DNA of 63,913 nucleotides from Candidatus Altiarchaeota archaeon (lineage in GTDB: Archaea > Altiarchaeota > Altiarchaeia > IMC4 > SCGC-AAA252-I15), in contig JAZDMS010000038.1 of assembly GCA_043800705.1 (NCBI GenBank), positions 1 through 63,913 on the forward strand, written 5' to 3'. The notes beneath the pieces are model-generated. The model had not been told where the DNA came from. It saw only the letters and a list, made by a program, of their open reading frames with translations, and did no database searches. Positions 1 to 9,153 of the stretch are shown one piece after another (position 1 is the first letter of the stretch; the number at the start of each line of letters is the position of its first letter). The position numbers and the translations under genes were made by a program.

Positions 1-119
1 ATAGTTCGGTCCTTGGAATAGTTCGGTCCTTGGAATAGTTCGGTCCTTGGAATAGTTCGGTCCTTGGAATAGTTCGGTCCTTGGAATAGTTCGGTCCTTG
101 AAATAGTTCGGTCCTTGAA
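1..119. repeat. 17-bp tandem repeat (ATAGTTCGGTCCTTGGA) x7, running off the window edge
   Basis: Five perfect units followed by two ending TGAA; no spacers. Confidence 0.97.
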
Positions 120-120
120 C

Positions 121-1426
121 ATGCGGCGAAATCTGAAAAAAGTCAGCATTCACTGGCCTTGCCGTTCCTCTGCCTCGCCGCAGTCGCGGCATCCTTCATC
201 CTGATGATGCACATGGCACATGAGGCGCCCATCCTATTCATCCTATTCGCAGTCTACTGCTTCCTTTTCAAGCGCGGGACGTCCGGGTATGTCTTCTCTT
301 CCGTGTTTCTCGGCCTCGTCATCCTTTCCAAGGTCACGTCCCTGGCGGCTGTCGCCGGCATCTTCTCGATGCACCTTGCATGCTCCCTCCAGCGGGGGAG
401 TAAATCCAACCTGGTCGGGCCCTTGATGGCGCTCCTTGCCCCGATGGCTGTGATGCTGGTCCTGGCCGTGGCAGCCTATCCGAACATCGTCCACTATACA
501 GTCCTCAGCCACCAGTACTTCGACAGCATGGGCTATTTGGCTGGGTTCCTGAAAATCCTGTCCCTGAACCCCAGGGGATGCGGACTGCGGCCTCTGCGAT
601 ATACGCCCAATCCCGAGAGTATGATGGAAACCTGGAAAAGCGGCAGGCACTCGGCGAAAGGGTCGAATCCCTCGGGCAGAAATTCTTCGGCTACTACGGC
701 CTTTTGCCAGAGAACACGGGTCGGGTGCTTATGCCCCTGAAGGTCTACGAGGTCATGCAAAACCGGAGCCGGCTGAACGCCAGCCTGATTGAAGTCAGGG
801 AGAATCCGCCCGCCGAGAACCGGTACTTCGACGAGTGTTTCGTCCTCGTCCACTACAACCTATCCAAGGATAGATACTTCAAGCCGAACGGGCAGGAGAT
901 TCGTCTGGCCGGGGAGATAGATGGCGGCAGATACGAGATGATATTCATCGGCCCCGAGGACTGGGACTCCCAGATCGGCGCCGCCTTGGACAACGATGCG
1001 GGTTTGAGCGCCAGAAGGATTGGGGCGTGTGTCGTATACGCGCCTGTTTCACCGCCGGAGGACTTCGTCAAGCTTAGGATGAGGGACTATTCAATACTCA
1101 TGTTCCGGGACAGCCAGCAGTGCATGGAGGTCCTGCTGGCGTCGAAGGCATACTTCGAGTCCATCTTCGAGCATGTGTGCCAAAGGGATGAATGGACCGC
1201 GAACCTGATCCGCCAGGCTTTCGACTCCAACGGATTATACTCGTTAGCCGAATCCGGGCAGGCAGAGCCGGTCGTATTCGGCGCAGGACAGTGCAGTTCA
1301 GGGGCGAATCTGATGACTCGGCTGTATTCCCTCCAGCGGGCCGAGAATCTCAAGATTCCCGCCGTCGCGTTATTCGTCGCCGTATGGCTCCTGATATCCC
1401 GTATATATCGGGAGAATAAGACATAG
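121..1426 (+). pseudogene. Membrane protein, possibly GT-C-like, broken by frameshift(s)
   Basis: Hydrophobic ORF from 159 becomes shadow-like after about 575; a soluble domain plus C-terminal TM continues in ORF 578-1426. One extra base in CCCCAGGGG fuses the two, and one extra A in the A6 run near 135 links ATG121. Confidence 0.5.
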
Positions 1427-1432
1427 TTTACA

Positions 1433-2503
1433 CTGAAAACCGAGCTTTCGAGCATCGACGTGCGGGTCCTCTCCGGCGAGCTCAGGCAGCAGCTGATAGG
1501 CTGCGGCGTGGACAAGGCGTACCAGATCGGGCGGAAGGAGATAGTCCTGAAGCTCTTCGGGCGCGGCTCGCATGAGTTCGTCGCAGCCCCCAACTTCATC
1601 TGCCTCACGAAGTACAAGCGGCCCGCGCCGAAGGATCCCTCCTCTTTCGTGATGCAGCTGCGCAAGCACCTCAGCGGCAAGGTCATCCGCGATTTCTCGC
1701 AGCACGGCTTCGACCGCATAGTCGAGTTCCACTTCGACGAGCACATACTCGTTTTCGAGCTCTTCAGCAGGGGCAACGTCCTGCTCCTTGGCAGGGACAT
1801 GAAGATACTGGGGCTTCTGGAGTGGCAGAGGTGGAAGGACAGGATGCTGGGGGTCGGAAAGACATACGAGTATCCGCCGCTCGGGATCGATCCATTCGAG
1901 ATAGGGGCGCAGAGGTTCAGGGAGGTCATGGCCTCCTCGGAGCGCGGCGTGGCGGCGAGCCTTGCCACAAGGATGGGTCTCGGAGGGTCCTATGCCGAAT
2001 CCGTTTGTGCCGGGGCAGGCATCGATACCAAGGCCTCTTATGCGGACGTGGACGGCGGCGTCCTCTGGTCCGCATTCAGGGCCTTCCTCGAACGCGTCGG
2101 CGGCGGGGTCGATGCGCGCATATCCGACGGCAACGTCACGCCCTTCGGCGGGGAAGGGGAACAGTATCCCTCATTCAACGAGGCGGTCGACGAGTACTTT
2201 AGCAGGCTCGAGGACACGCAGGCCTCGGACGTCCAGGACACGAAGACCGAGGACCGGAGGATCAAGATAGCCGAAGTCCTCAGAAAACAGGAAGACGCAT
2301 ATGGGCGGGCGAAGGTGGAAGCCAGGGACGAGAAGATCCGCGGAGACCTGATATATCAGCGCATGGGGGAATTAAACGCAGTCATCGCATACGTCAGAGA
2401 CGCACGCAAGTCTGGGCTCAGCGACGGGGAGATACTGAAAGGCCTGCAGCCGTACGGGATCGTGAAAGGGCTCAAGGGGTACAGCCTGAGCCTCGATATT
2501 TGA
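1433..2503 (+). CDS. rqcH: NFACT/Rqc2-family ribosome quality-control protein, C-terminally short
   Basis: KTELSSIDVRVL N-terminus, SFVMQLRKHLSG, GFDRIVEF and FELFSRGNVLL motifs; in-frame CTG at 1433 (first GTG at 1460). Confidence 0.8.
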   Translation: MKTELSSIDVRVLSGELRQQLIGCGVDKAYQIGRKEIVLKLFGRGSHEFVAAPNFICLTKYKRPAPKDPSSFVMQLRKHLSGKVIRDFSQHGFDRIVEFHFDEHILVFELFSRGNVLLLGRDMKILGLLEWQRWKDRMLGVGKTYEYPPLGIDPFEIGAQRFREVMASSERGVAASLATRMGLGGSYAESVCAGAGIDTKASYADVDGGVLWSAFRAFLERVGGGVDARISDGNVTPFGGEGEQYPSFNEAVDEYFSRLEDTQASDVQDTKTEDRRIKIAEVLRKQEDAYGRAKVEARDEKIRGDLIYQRMGELNAVIAYVRDARKSGLSDGEILKGLQPYGIVKGLKGYSLSLDI

Positions 2504-2845
2504 TCACTGCGACGACGATGTCACGCAGTCGGTGTATCTCCAATCGTCGTTCCTTATCTTGAAGCACAATCCGGGGTTCTCTAGCGTCTTGCTCACCTTG
2601 TGGTAGCATAGGTTGCGAAGGCGCAGCGACCCGACGTCCTCGCAAATATCCGGGTCGGTGTGCTTGTCCGCCACCTCGACGTAGCACGTCTCCCTGGCGT
2701 CGACCGTGGACTCCCTGTTGCAGCCCGCGAGGGCGGGATTGGACGAGACGTAATGGACCTCGTCTAGGGGCGCCTGGGTCTCCGCCTGCGGGATGAGGCA
2801 GCCTGCCAACAGCACCAGGACCGGCAGGAGGCTGATGGCTTTCAT
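2504..2845 (-). CDS. Cys-repeat lipoprotein
   Basis: MKAISLLPVLVLLAGC lipobox; repeats such as RETCYVEVA...DICE and RNLCY. Confidence 0.75.
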   Translation of the reverse strand: MKAISLLPVLVLLAGCLIPQAETQAPLDEVHYVSSNPALAGCNRESTVDARETCYVEVADKHTDPDICEDVGSLRLRNLCYHKVSKTLENPGLCFKIRNDDWRYTDCVTSSSQ

Positions 2846-2884
2846 AGGCGTGTATATATTGTTCATCGGAAAAATATAAGAAAA

Positions 2885-4552
2885 ATGCAAAAAATCCCGG
2901 AATCGGCGTACAAACGCGGGGGCCTCGCGGTCTTCGGCGCATCCTTCCTCCTTCGCATCATCCTGGATGTAGTCTTCCATCTCCGCTTCGGCTGGCACGC
3001 CGGCGGCCATCTCGAGGTCTGGCTCTACACGGGTGTCGCAGAGGGCACGATGCTCACAGGGACCGGGCTCAAGGACCCCACCGTCTGGCTCCTTCGGGCA
3101 GTCGGGGCTCTCCTGCCGGGATACGAATTCTATGGCGTCATCCTCACCGCAGCATTCCTCTCGTCGCTGACCGCATACCTGCTATACCTTCTCGCATCGG
3201 AGCTGTACGGCCAGAAGACCGGATTCGCGGCTGGCCTGATATATGGCGGGATGGTGGAGCCGCTAGGGCTGTCCATGTCGGGTTTCACCCACGACCTCTT
3301 CCAGCTTCCGCTCATGGTTGCAGTCATCCTGTTGACGGTGAAGGCCTGCAAATACGGGGGCTGGACGAGGGCGGCATGCATCGCGGCAGCAGTCGTCATC
3401 GTATACGACGCCAGGATGGTCAACTCCAACATATGGGTGGGGGTAGCGGTCGCGGCGGCATATGTGGGCTCGATGCTGGTGGCTGGTTGGAAAAGGGGCT
3501 ATGCCGCCTATATGGGGTTGGTGTTGGCGGCCATCCTCCTTGGCAGGATGGTACTCGCCGGACAGATCGAGGCGGTGCTCGCGGGGCTGCCTCAGGGCCG
3601 GCTCGGCAGCTCCGACGTGGTCCCCATCACGGTGCTGGTGTTCTGGCTGAGGGATAACATACTCCTGTTCCTCCTGCCGTTCGGGCTCTTCGCGGCGTAC
3701 CGCCGGAGGGACGCCGTCGCAGTCAGTCTCTTCTTCTGCGGATTGGCGCTCGCGACAGTCATGAACCGGGGGACCCGCATCGGCGACTTGGGGCTTGCGA
3801 TGCTTGCCGCATATGCCATAACCGACTGGGAGGCGAAGACAGGATTCCCGTCGTTCTTTTCGAAGAAGGACCGCATGAGGACGGTCGCAGTCGTCTCTCT
3901 AGTCGTCTTCGCGTACATGGCTGCGGCCACGGACACGCGTCCCGCGCATTTGGCGGCTTTCGCGGCAGGCGGCGTATCCCTTATGATATGCATTTGGCGG
4001 CTTCACGGGAACTCGCTTATCCTCGGCGCATCATCGGTCGCATTCCTCGTCGGCGCATCGGCACTGCTCATCTACATATACTCTGTCGACGGGCTTAACA
4101 TCACGACTGAGACGGAATACGGACTTCTGAGGCAGGTTGATCCCGGAGGCGGCGGCAGGATCCTTGCCCCATGGGACCACGGATATTTTGCGCAGGACGC
4201 ATGCGGGCTGAAGTCGGTCTCAAATCCTGGCGGCATCAACATGACAGTCCATGACCTGCTCTGGCTGCCGGAGGAGGAGGCTGCTGCGAAGCTCAGGGCG
4301 GCCGGAGTCAGATACGTGCTGTTCAGCGGCGAAAACTACTACCTCGGCCAAGACGAGACGGGGCGCAGGGGCCTCATCACCCGCGGAGGCTTCGTATGGC
4401 TGCCTAAGAAGCTTCTGCCTGAGGCCAGGGTCGGCGAATACGCAATCCATCGGCTTCGATACAGGAATGCGACGGACTTCCGTCTCGTCGCAGACGGCGT
4501 CGACGGCCCCACAGGCCTGGAGTTCTTCCTCTACGAGGTGGCTCCGGCATGA
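2885..4552 (+). CDS. Divergent AglB/STT3-like oligosaccharyltransferase (GT-C), paralog 1
   Basis: About 13 TM helices, GFTHD, ILAPWDHGY (WWDYG-equivalent), GVRYVL in the C-terminal soluble domain. Confidence 0.75.
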   Translation: MQKIPESAYKRGGLAVFGASFLLRIILDVVFHLRFGWHAGGHLEVWLYTGVAEGTMLTGTGLKDPTVWLLRAVGALLPGYEFYGVILTAAFLSSLTAYLLYLLASELYGQKTGFAAGLIYGGMVEPLGLSMSGFTHDLFQLPLMVAVILLTVKACKYGGWTRAACIAAAVVIVYDARMVNSNIWVGVAVAAAYVGSMLVAGWKRGYAAYMGLVLAAILLGRMVLAGQIEAVLAGLPQGRLGSSDVVPITVLVFWLRDNILLFLLPFGLFAAYRRRDAVAVSLFFCGLALATVMNRGTRIGDLGLAMLAAYAITDWEAKTGFPSFFSKKDRMRTVAVVSLVVFAYMAAATDTRPAHLAAFAAGGVSLMICIWRLHGNSLILGASSVAFLVGASALLIYIYSVDGLNITTETEYGLLRQVDPGGGGRILAPWDHGYFAQDACGLKSVSNPGGINMTVHDLLWLPEEEAAAKLRAAGVRYVLFSGENYYLGQDETGRRGLITRGGFVWLPKKLLPEARVGEYAIHRLRYRNATDFRLVADGVDGPTGLEFFLYEVAPA

Positions 4553-7407
4553 ACTCAAAAAGGCTCTATGAACTCGGAGTCTGGAACCTCGCCGCCTTGG
4601 TGTTCATCGTCTCCCTTGCGGCGCGGCTCCTATCCGATCTCGTCTTCCAGCTGCGTTTCGGGGCGCATGCCACGAACCACATCGAGATATGGCTCTTTAC
4701 AGGGGTGGCGGAAGGCTCGAGGCTCTCCACAGGGGGCCTTGCAGGAGATCCGACCATCTGGCTGATGCGCCTCGTCGGGGCGGTGTTCCCAGGGGGCCTG
4801 GCGTTCTACGGCGTCATGCTCAGCTCCGCAGTGCTTTCGTCGCTCACTGCGTCCGCGATCTTCCTGATAGCCTCTGAACTGTACGACAGAAGGACCGGCC
4901 TGATCGCGGGCATCATATACGCGGGCATGGTGGAGCCCATCGGCCTATCGACTTCGGGCTACACCCACGACCACCTGCAGCTTCTGCTCATATCCGCCGC
5001 CGTCCTGTTCGCTGTGAAGGCCTCAAAATCCGGAATCAAAGGAGGCATCATCTGCTCTATCGCATTCTATGGAGCATACGAGATCGGCAGAAGAGTCAAT
5101 CCGTCATTTCTCCTCGCAGTCGGAATCATCCTGGTCTACGTCATATACGCCCTCCTCGCATACCTGTTCCAGGCCGGGTTCGGGCGTAAATCGACGCTCC
5201 TTTACCCCCTCTACGTCTCCGTCGTGCTCCTGCTTTTGTTCTCCTTCGGCAGGACATTCCTGCCCCCAATGATCGAAGGAAGCCTCGACGCGCTTCCCCA
5301 GGGGAGGATGGGCAGCGCAGACATAGTGCCCGCCAACGCCAACACCCTCTTCATAAGATACAACATACTCCTCCTACTATTGCCGGTCGGGGTCGTCGCG
5401 GCCTACAGGCGCGAAGACCTGTTCGGCCTGCTTCTGACCGCAGTGGGGTTCATGCTTGCGAGCATCATGGACCGCGGCACGAGGATAAGCGACCTCGGCG
5501 TCGCATTCCTTGCCGCATACGCGATAGTCGAGATGTCGGAGAAGGCGGGGAAGAAACCCCTCAGAATGGCGTCCGCGCTGTTGCATGCAATCCTCCTCGC
5601 AGGTTTAGTCAAGCTCTCCGTAGACTACGCACTCCTTGAGGCCCCGGCGTATTCGGGCTGGGCTCTCCCGGCCTCCACATACCTCCTGCTTGCCGCCTCC
5701 GCAATCATGGGCTGCCTGATCCTGCAATGGGCGGGGGCGACAAATATCTGGGCTGGGCCGGCTGAGGCAAAGGCTGCGGCCAGGAAACTGTTCTGGAACA
5801 TCCGGGCCGCATCGGTCGCCGCCTTCGCACTATTGGCGCTGGCATATTCGGGCGGCGCAATGGATGCTGTAAACACGGCATACGGCCTCGTTTCCGTCCT
5901 TCTTGGCACCGTCCTCCCCCATACGATGGCACTCTCTGCCGCCGCGGCCTTCCCGGTCTTTTCCGCAGCCATCATATGCGCCATCATCTGGCGCAGGTAC
6001 CTGGAGACGGCACCATCCGGGATTCATACACCCCTGATTATCGTATTCTTCGCATCCTTCGCGGCTTTGGGGTCGGCGCTCACTGCCAGGGCTTATTACG
6101 GCCACTTCCAGCCCCTGTCTTATCCTGTGACGCTTTTGGTCATCCTTGCCGCATTCCTTGCGGTATCTCACTCCGGGCTGAGGCGTAAGGCCCAGATGGC
6201 CCTGGCGGCGCTGGTGCCGGCCTACGTCATATCCCTCATGTCCCCCATTCAACTCATCTCCCCATCGATATGGGCGAACATAGTGATCTTTGCAACGGCT
6301 GCTGCGGCGATGATACACGTCCTGAACAGCCCAGAGATCAGGGAAAAAACGCCTTATGCTCTGGCGATCGTGCTACTTGTCGGGCTTGCCGTAAACGTCG
6401 CGTATGCCTTCACCGTAGAGGCCCGCAAGGTGGGCTCCGACGCAGAGTACGAGGTCTACAAATGGCTCCGTGAGAACGGCAGAGGCGGAAGGATACTTGT
6501 GCCATGGGACCACGGCTACATGGCGGAGGTGGTGTCCGGCCTCGGCGCCGTATCGACGCCGGGCTACATAGACCAGCCCCTGCACGACCTCCTATGGAGG
6601 ACCGAGCCTCAGGCGGCATCGGAGCTGGCGGAACGCGGCGTGAGATACGTCTTCCTCAACAACGAGACCTTCAACATCGCACGCGACAGGGAAGGGGGCA
6701 TGGCATACAAGATCATGGGAGGCCTCATAATGCCGCCTGCTGACACCCCCCCGTTCGAGCTTGCGGACCACTACGCCATCTACCGGCTGAGGCACAACAC
6801 GACGTCCGGACACTTCAGGCTCGTGAAGGCGCAGACTGACAAGGCGACTGGCATGCAGCTGCTCCTATACGAGAACCTGGCCGCACCCGTTGGGAACGCG
6901 TCCACGATCGGGGCCATAGCCGTCAATGTCGGGACAGCCAAGACGGTGAGGATACTGGCCTATACGACCGAGTCCGCGAATGGGACATTCAACATGACAT
7001 ACCACCTCCTCGGAGTCGAGTCATTCAAGGAGGGGGAAGTAAGAGACCTCATCTACGAGATGCCCAGCCTCAATCGCACCGCCTGCGCGTTGAGGGCTGC
7101 GTCCGCGGATTCGCGCCCGTGGAACTTCACGGGGTCCATCACCTTCCGCAACGAGCTGGGGAGACGGACCGTCCCGCTGAGGCTGACCCTTGTGCCGACG
7201 AAAGGCGACACAGTGCTGGACACATTCGAAGAAAGCGTCCAATTAGGCCCCGGCGAGAAAAAGACCGTCGGCTACTTCTTCCAGGGAGCCGACGAGTTCG
7301 GGGACTACTCCGTCGACGTCGGCAGGTACGGCGGCCTTGCCATCGTGCCGGAGGAGACCACATCCCCCATGATAGAGGACGTTAGGATATTCGAGACCCG
7401 CTGCTAG
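4549..7407 (+). CDS. Divergent AglB/STT3-like oligosaccharyltransferase, paralog 2, with extra TM block and beta-rich C-terminus
   Basis: Collinear with paralog 1 (GYTHD, LPQGRMGSAD, RGTRISDLG, ILVPWDHGY); ATGA overlap with paralog 1. Confidence 0.75.
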   Translation: MNSKRLYELGVWNLAALVFIVSLAARLLSDLVFQLRFGAHATNHIEIWLFTGVAEGSRLSTGGLAGDPTIWLMRLVGAVFPGGLAFYGVMLSSAVLSSLTASAIFLIASELYDRRTGLIAGIIYAGMVEPIGLSTSGYTHDHLQLLLISAAVLFAVKASKSGIKGGIICSIAFYGAYEIGRRVNPSFLLAVGIILVYVIYALLAYLFQAGFGRKSTLLYPLYVSVVLLLLFSFGRTFLPPMIEGSLDALPQGRMGSADIVPANANTLFIRYNILLLLLPVGVVAAYRREDLFGLLLTAVGFMLASIMDRGTRISDLGVAFLAAYAIVEMSEKAGKKPLRMASALLHAILLAGLVKLSVDYALLEAPAYSGWALPASTYLLLAASAIMGCLILQWAGATNIWAGPAEAKAAARKLFWNIRAASVAAFALLALAYSGGAMDAVNTAYGLVSVLLGTVLPHTMALSAAAAFPVFSAAIICAIIWRRYLETAPSGIHTPLIIVFFASFAALGSALTARAYYGHFQPLSYPVTLLVILAAFLAVSHSGLRRKAQMALAALVPAYVISLMSPIQLISPSIWANIVIFATAAAAMIHVLNSPEIREKTPYALAIVLLVGLAVNVAYAFTVEARKVGSDAEYEVYKWLRENGRGGRILVPWDHGYMAEVVSGLGAVSTPGYIDQPLHDLLWRTEPQAASELAERGVRYVFLNNETFNIARDREGGMAYKIMGGLIMPPADTPPFELADHYAIYRLRHNTTSGHFRLVKAQTDKATGMQLLLYENLAAPVGNASTIGAIAVNVGTAKTVRILAYTTESANGTFNMTYHLLGVESFKEGEVRDLIYEMPSLNRTACALRAASADSRPWNFTGSITFRNELGRRTVPLRLTLVPTKGDTVLDTFEESVQLGPGEKKTVGYFFQGADEFGDYSVDVGRYGGLAIVPEETTSPMIEDVRIFETRC

Positions 7408-9149
7408 GGTAAGGGGGCGACGCCTTTGACCACGCCGGATGCAGCGGAGCCCTGCGCGAACAGCATGTCGAACATGGCCGGCACAGCCACCGCGACGAGG
7501 GCAACGCACCAGGTCATGAGGACGAAGTCGAGGAACGCCGAATACTTAGAGCCGCCGTCGACCATCTTCACCGAGTAGGCGCAGAAGGCGACGTGGACCA
7601 TGAGTATGACGAACATGAAGTTCTCGACCATGGGTATGTTTATGTCCCCTATCGAGGGGAGGATGCCCTGGGTGAGGCTCGAGACCGAAGGCGTCTGCGC
7701 GATGGCGGAGAATGATTTCTTGAAGGTGTTGTCGAGGATCCCGACCATCCTCAGGCTCGAATACGCGGATCCTGCGACGCCGATGAGCGTCCCGTAGTAG
7801 ACGCCCCTGACGCTGCCTGCCAGCTGGAGCCTCAGCTCCCTCAGGGACAGGAGCTTGATGAAGTTGTCGGATATGATGATGCTAGTCTTCTCGGAGTTCC
7901 CTCCGAGGTTGATGACCTGGATGAAGATGCTGCCGAACTTCTCTATCATGTTGCTGCCGGTCTCGCCCGCGAAATACATCCACGACTGGAACTTGTCGCA
8001 GCGTATCATAAGCCTCGTATAAAGCCTCTTTACGGCATCGTTCAACACCCCGAACTCGTGGATCCTCAGGGGCCCCAGGGTCCCGACGAGGCTCCCCCCC
8101 CTTGCGGAAAGCGATCCGCCAAGCGACCTGATGAAAGCGGGGAAGGACTGGTCCTTGGAGATCACCGCGGACTCCATCCTGGAGGCCATGTTGCCGATGA
8201 TGATGAGGGGGGTGACCGCCATCGCCATGCAGATGGGGGCCGGCAGCGGCTGCAGGATGAACAGGATCACACTTAGCACGAAGCATGAGCCGACGACTGG
8301 CGCGATGATGGACCTCATCCTCAGATACTCCGGCGGCTTGATCGGAAGCCTGTGGCAAATCTCGTCGTGGGTTATGAAGCTGTCGATGAAGATCACCGTC
8401 ACCATGTCAAGGAGGAAGAACGCGACCCCGCTCAATCCAACCATCAGGTAGATGTCGTAGCCCATGATCAGAGGCAGCATGAAGGCGACTGTCATCATGA
8501 ACGCGGCCGCGATCGTCAGCGACACGAGGGCATCCTGTATGAGGCTGAGGCTCTGCAGCGCCTGCTTGTACTCTGTCTCATAGTCCTCCATGACCGCGGA
8601 CTGCTCGCTGAGGAGGAATACGTCAAGGCGCTCGCCGAAGTCGAAGGCGGCGCTCATCCTGTCCAGGAAGTTGCCGAGGATCTTGGATGGGACGAGGGTG
8701 GACAGCTTTCGGCATGTTCTCACCAGGCCGAGGTTCCAGTAGTCGGAGAGGTATGCGACCTTCTCCATGACCTTTGCTATCTCCCCGTATTCGACCCTCT
8801 GGGATGAGAGCCTGAAAAGCTGCCTCCTCTTCACGTGTAGGGTGGAGAGGGACCCCGCATACGTGATAAAGTAGTGGATGTTCTCGTGGATGTTCACCTT
8901 GATCCTCTCTATGGCGTAGAACGGGTACGCCAGGGAAATCACGACCCCCATGACGACGATGAACATGGGCCCAAGCAGCAGCAACGGCTGGGCTGCGCCG
9001 AAGTCGAACATGCTCCCGTAGGTGACGACGAGCGCGAGGCATGCCAGGAAGAGGACCAGGCTTGCGGCGACGACGGGGAGTATGAGCTTCTTGAAGTAGT
9101 CGTCCAAGCTCGCATAGCCGGCAAGCCTAACAGCCTCCTCGTAGTCCAT
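7404..9149 (-). CDS. arlJ: Archaellum/type IV pilus platform protein ArlJ (FlaJ)
   Basis: Two T2SSF-like halves, IHYFITYAGSLS and FPAFIRSLG; directly downstream of arlI. Confidence 0.88.
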   Translation of the reverse strand: MDYEEAVRLAGYASLDDYFKKLILPVVAASLVLFLACLALVVTYGSMFDFGAAQPLLLLGPMFIVVMGVVISLAYPFYAIERIKVNIHENIHYFITYAGSLSTLHVKRRQLFRLSSQRVEYGEIAKVMEKVAYLSDYWNLGLVRTCRKLSTLVPSKILGNFLDRMSAAFDFGERLDVFLLSEQSAVMEDYETEYKQALQSLSLIQDALVSLTIAAAFMMTVAFMLPLIMGYDIYLMVGLSGVAFFLLDMVTVIFIDSFITHDEICHRLPIKPPEYLRMRSIIAPVVGSCFVLSVILFILQPLPAPICMAMAVTPLIIIGNMASRMESAVISKDQSFPAFIRSLGGSLSARGGSLVGTLGPLRIHEFGVLNDAVKRLYTRLMIRCDKFQSWMYFAGETGSNMIEKFGSIFIQVINLGGNSEKTSIIISDNFIKLLSLRELRLQLAGSVRGVYYGTLIGVAGSAYSSLRMVGILDNTFKKSFSAIAQTPSVSSLTQGILPSIGDINIPMVENFMFVILMVHVAFCAYSVKMVDGGSKYSAFLDFVLMTWCVALVAVAVPAMFDMLFAQGSAASGVVKGVAPLP

Positions 9150-9153
9150 TTTT

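Noticed and set aside
1-119. CRISPR array
   Set aside because: Head-to-tail 17-bp units with no spacers, and no cas genes in the window
1424-1435. TAG readthrough (pyrrolysine-type) fusing ORF 578-1426 with Rqc2
   Set aside because: Same frame, but the proteins are unrelated, TAG is an ordinary stop elsewhere in the window and no pyl genes are present; a CTG start is simpler
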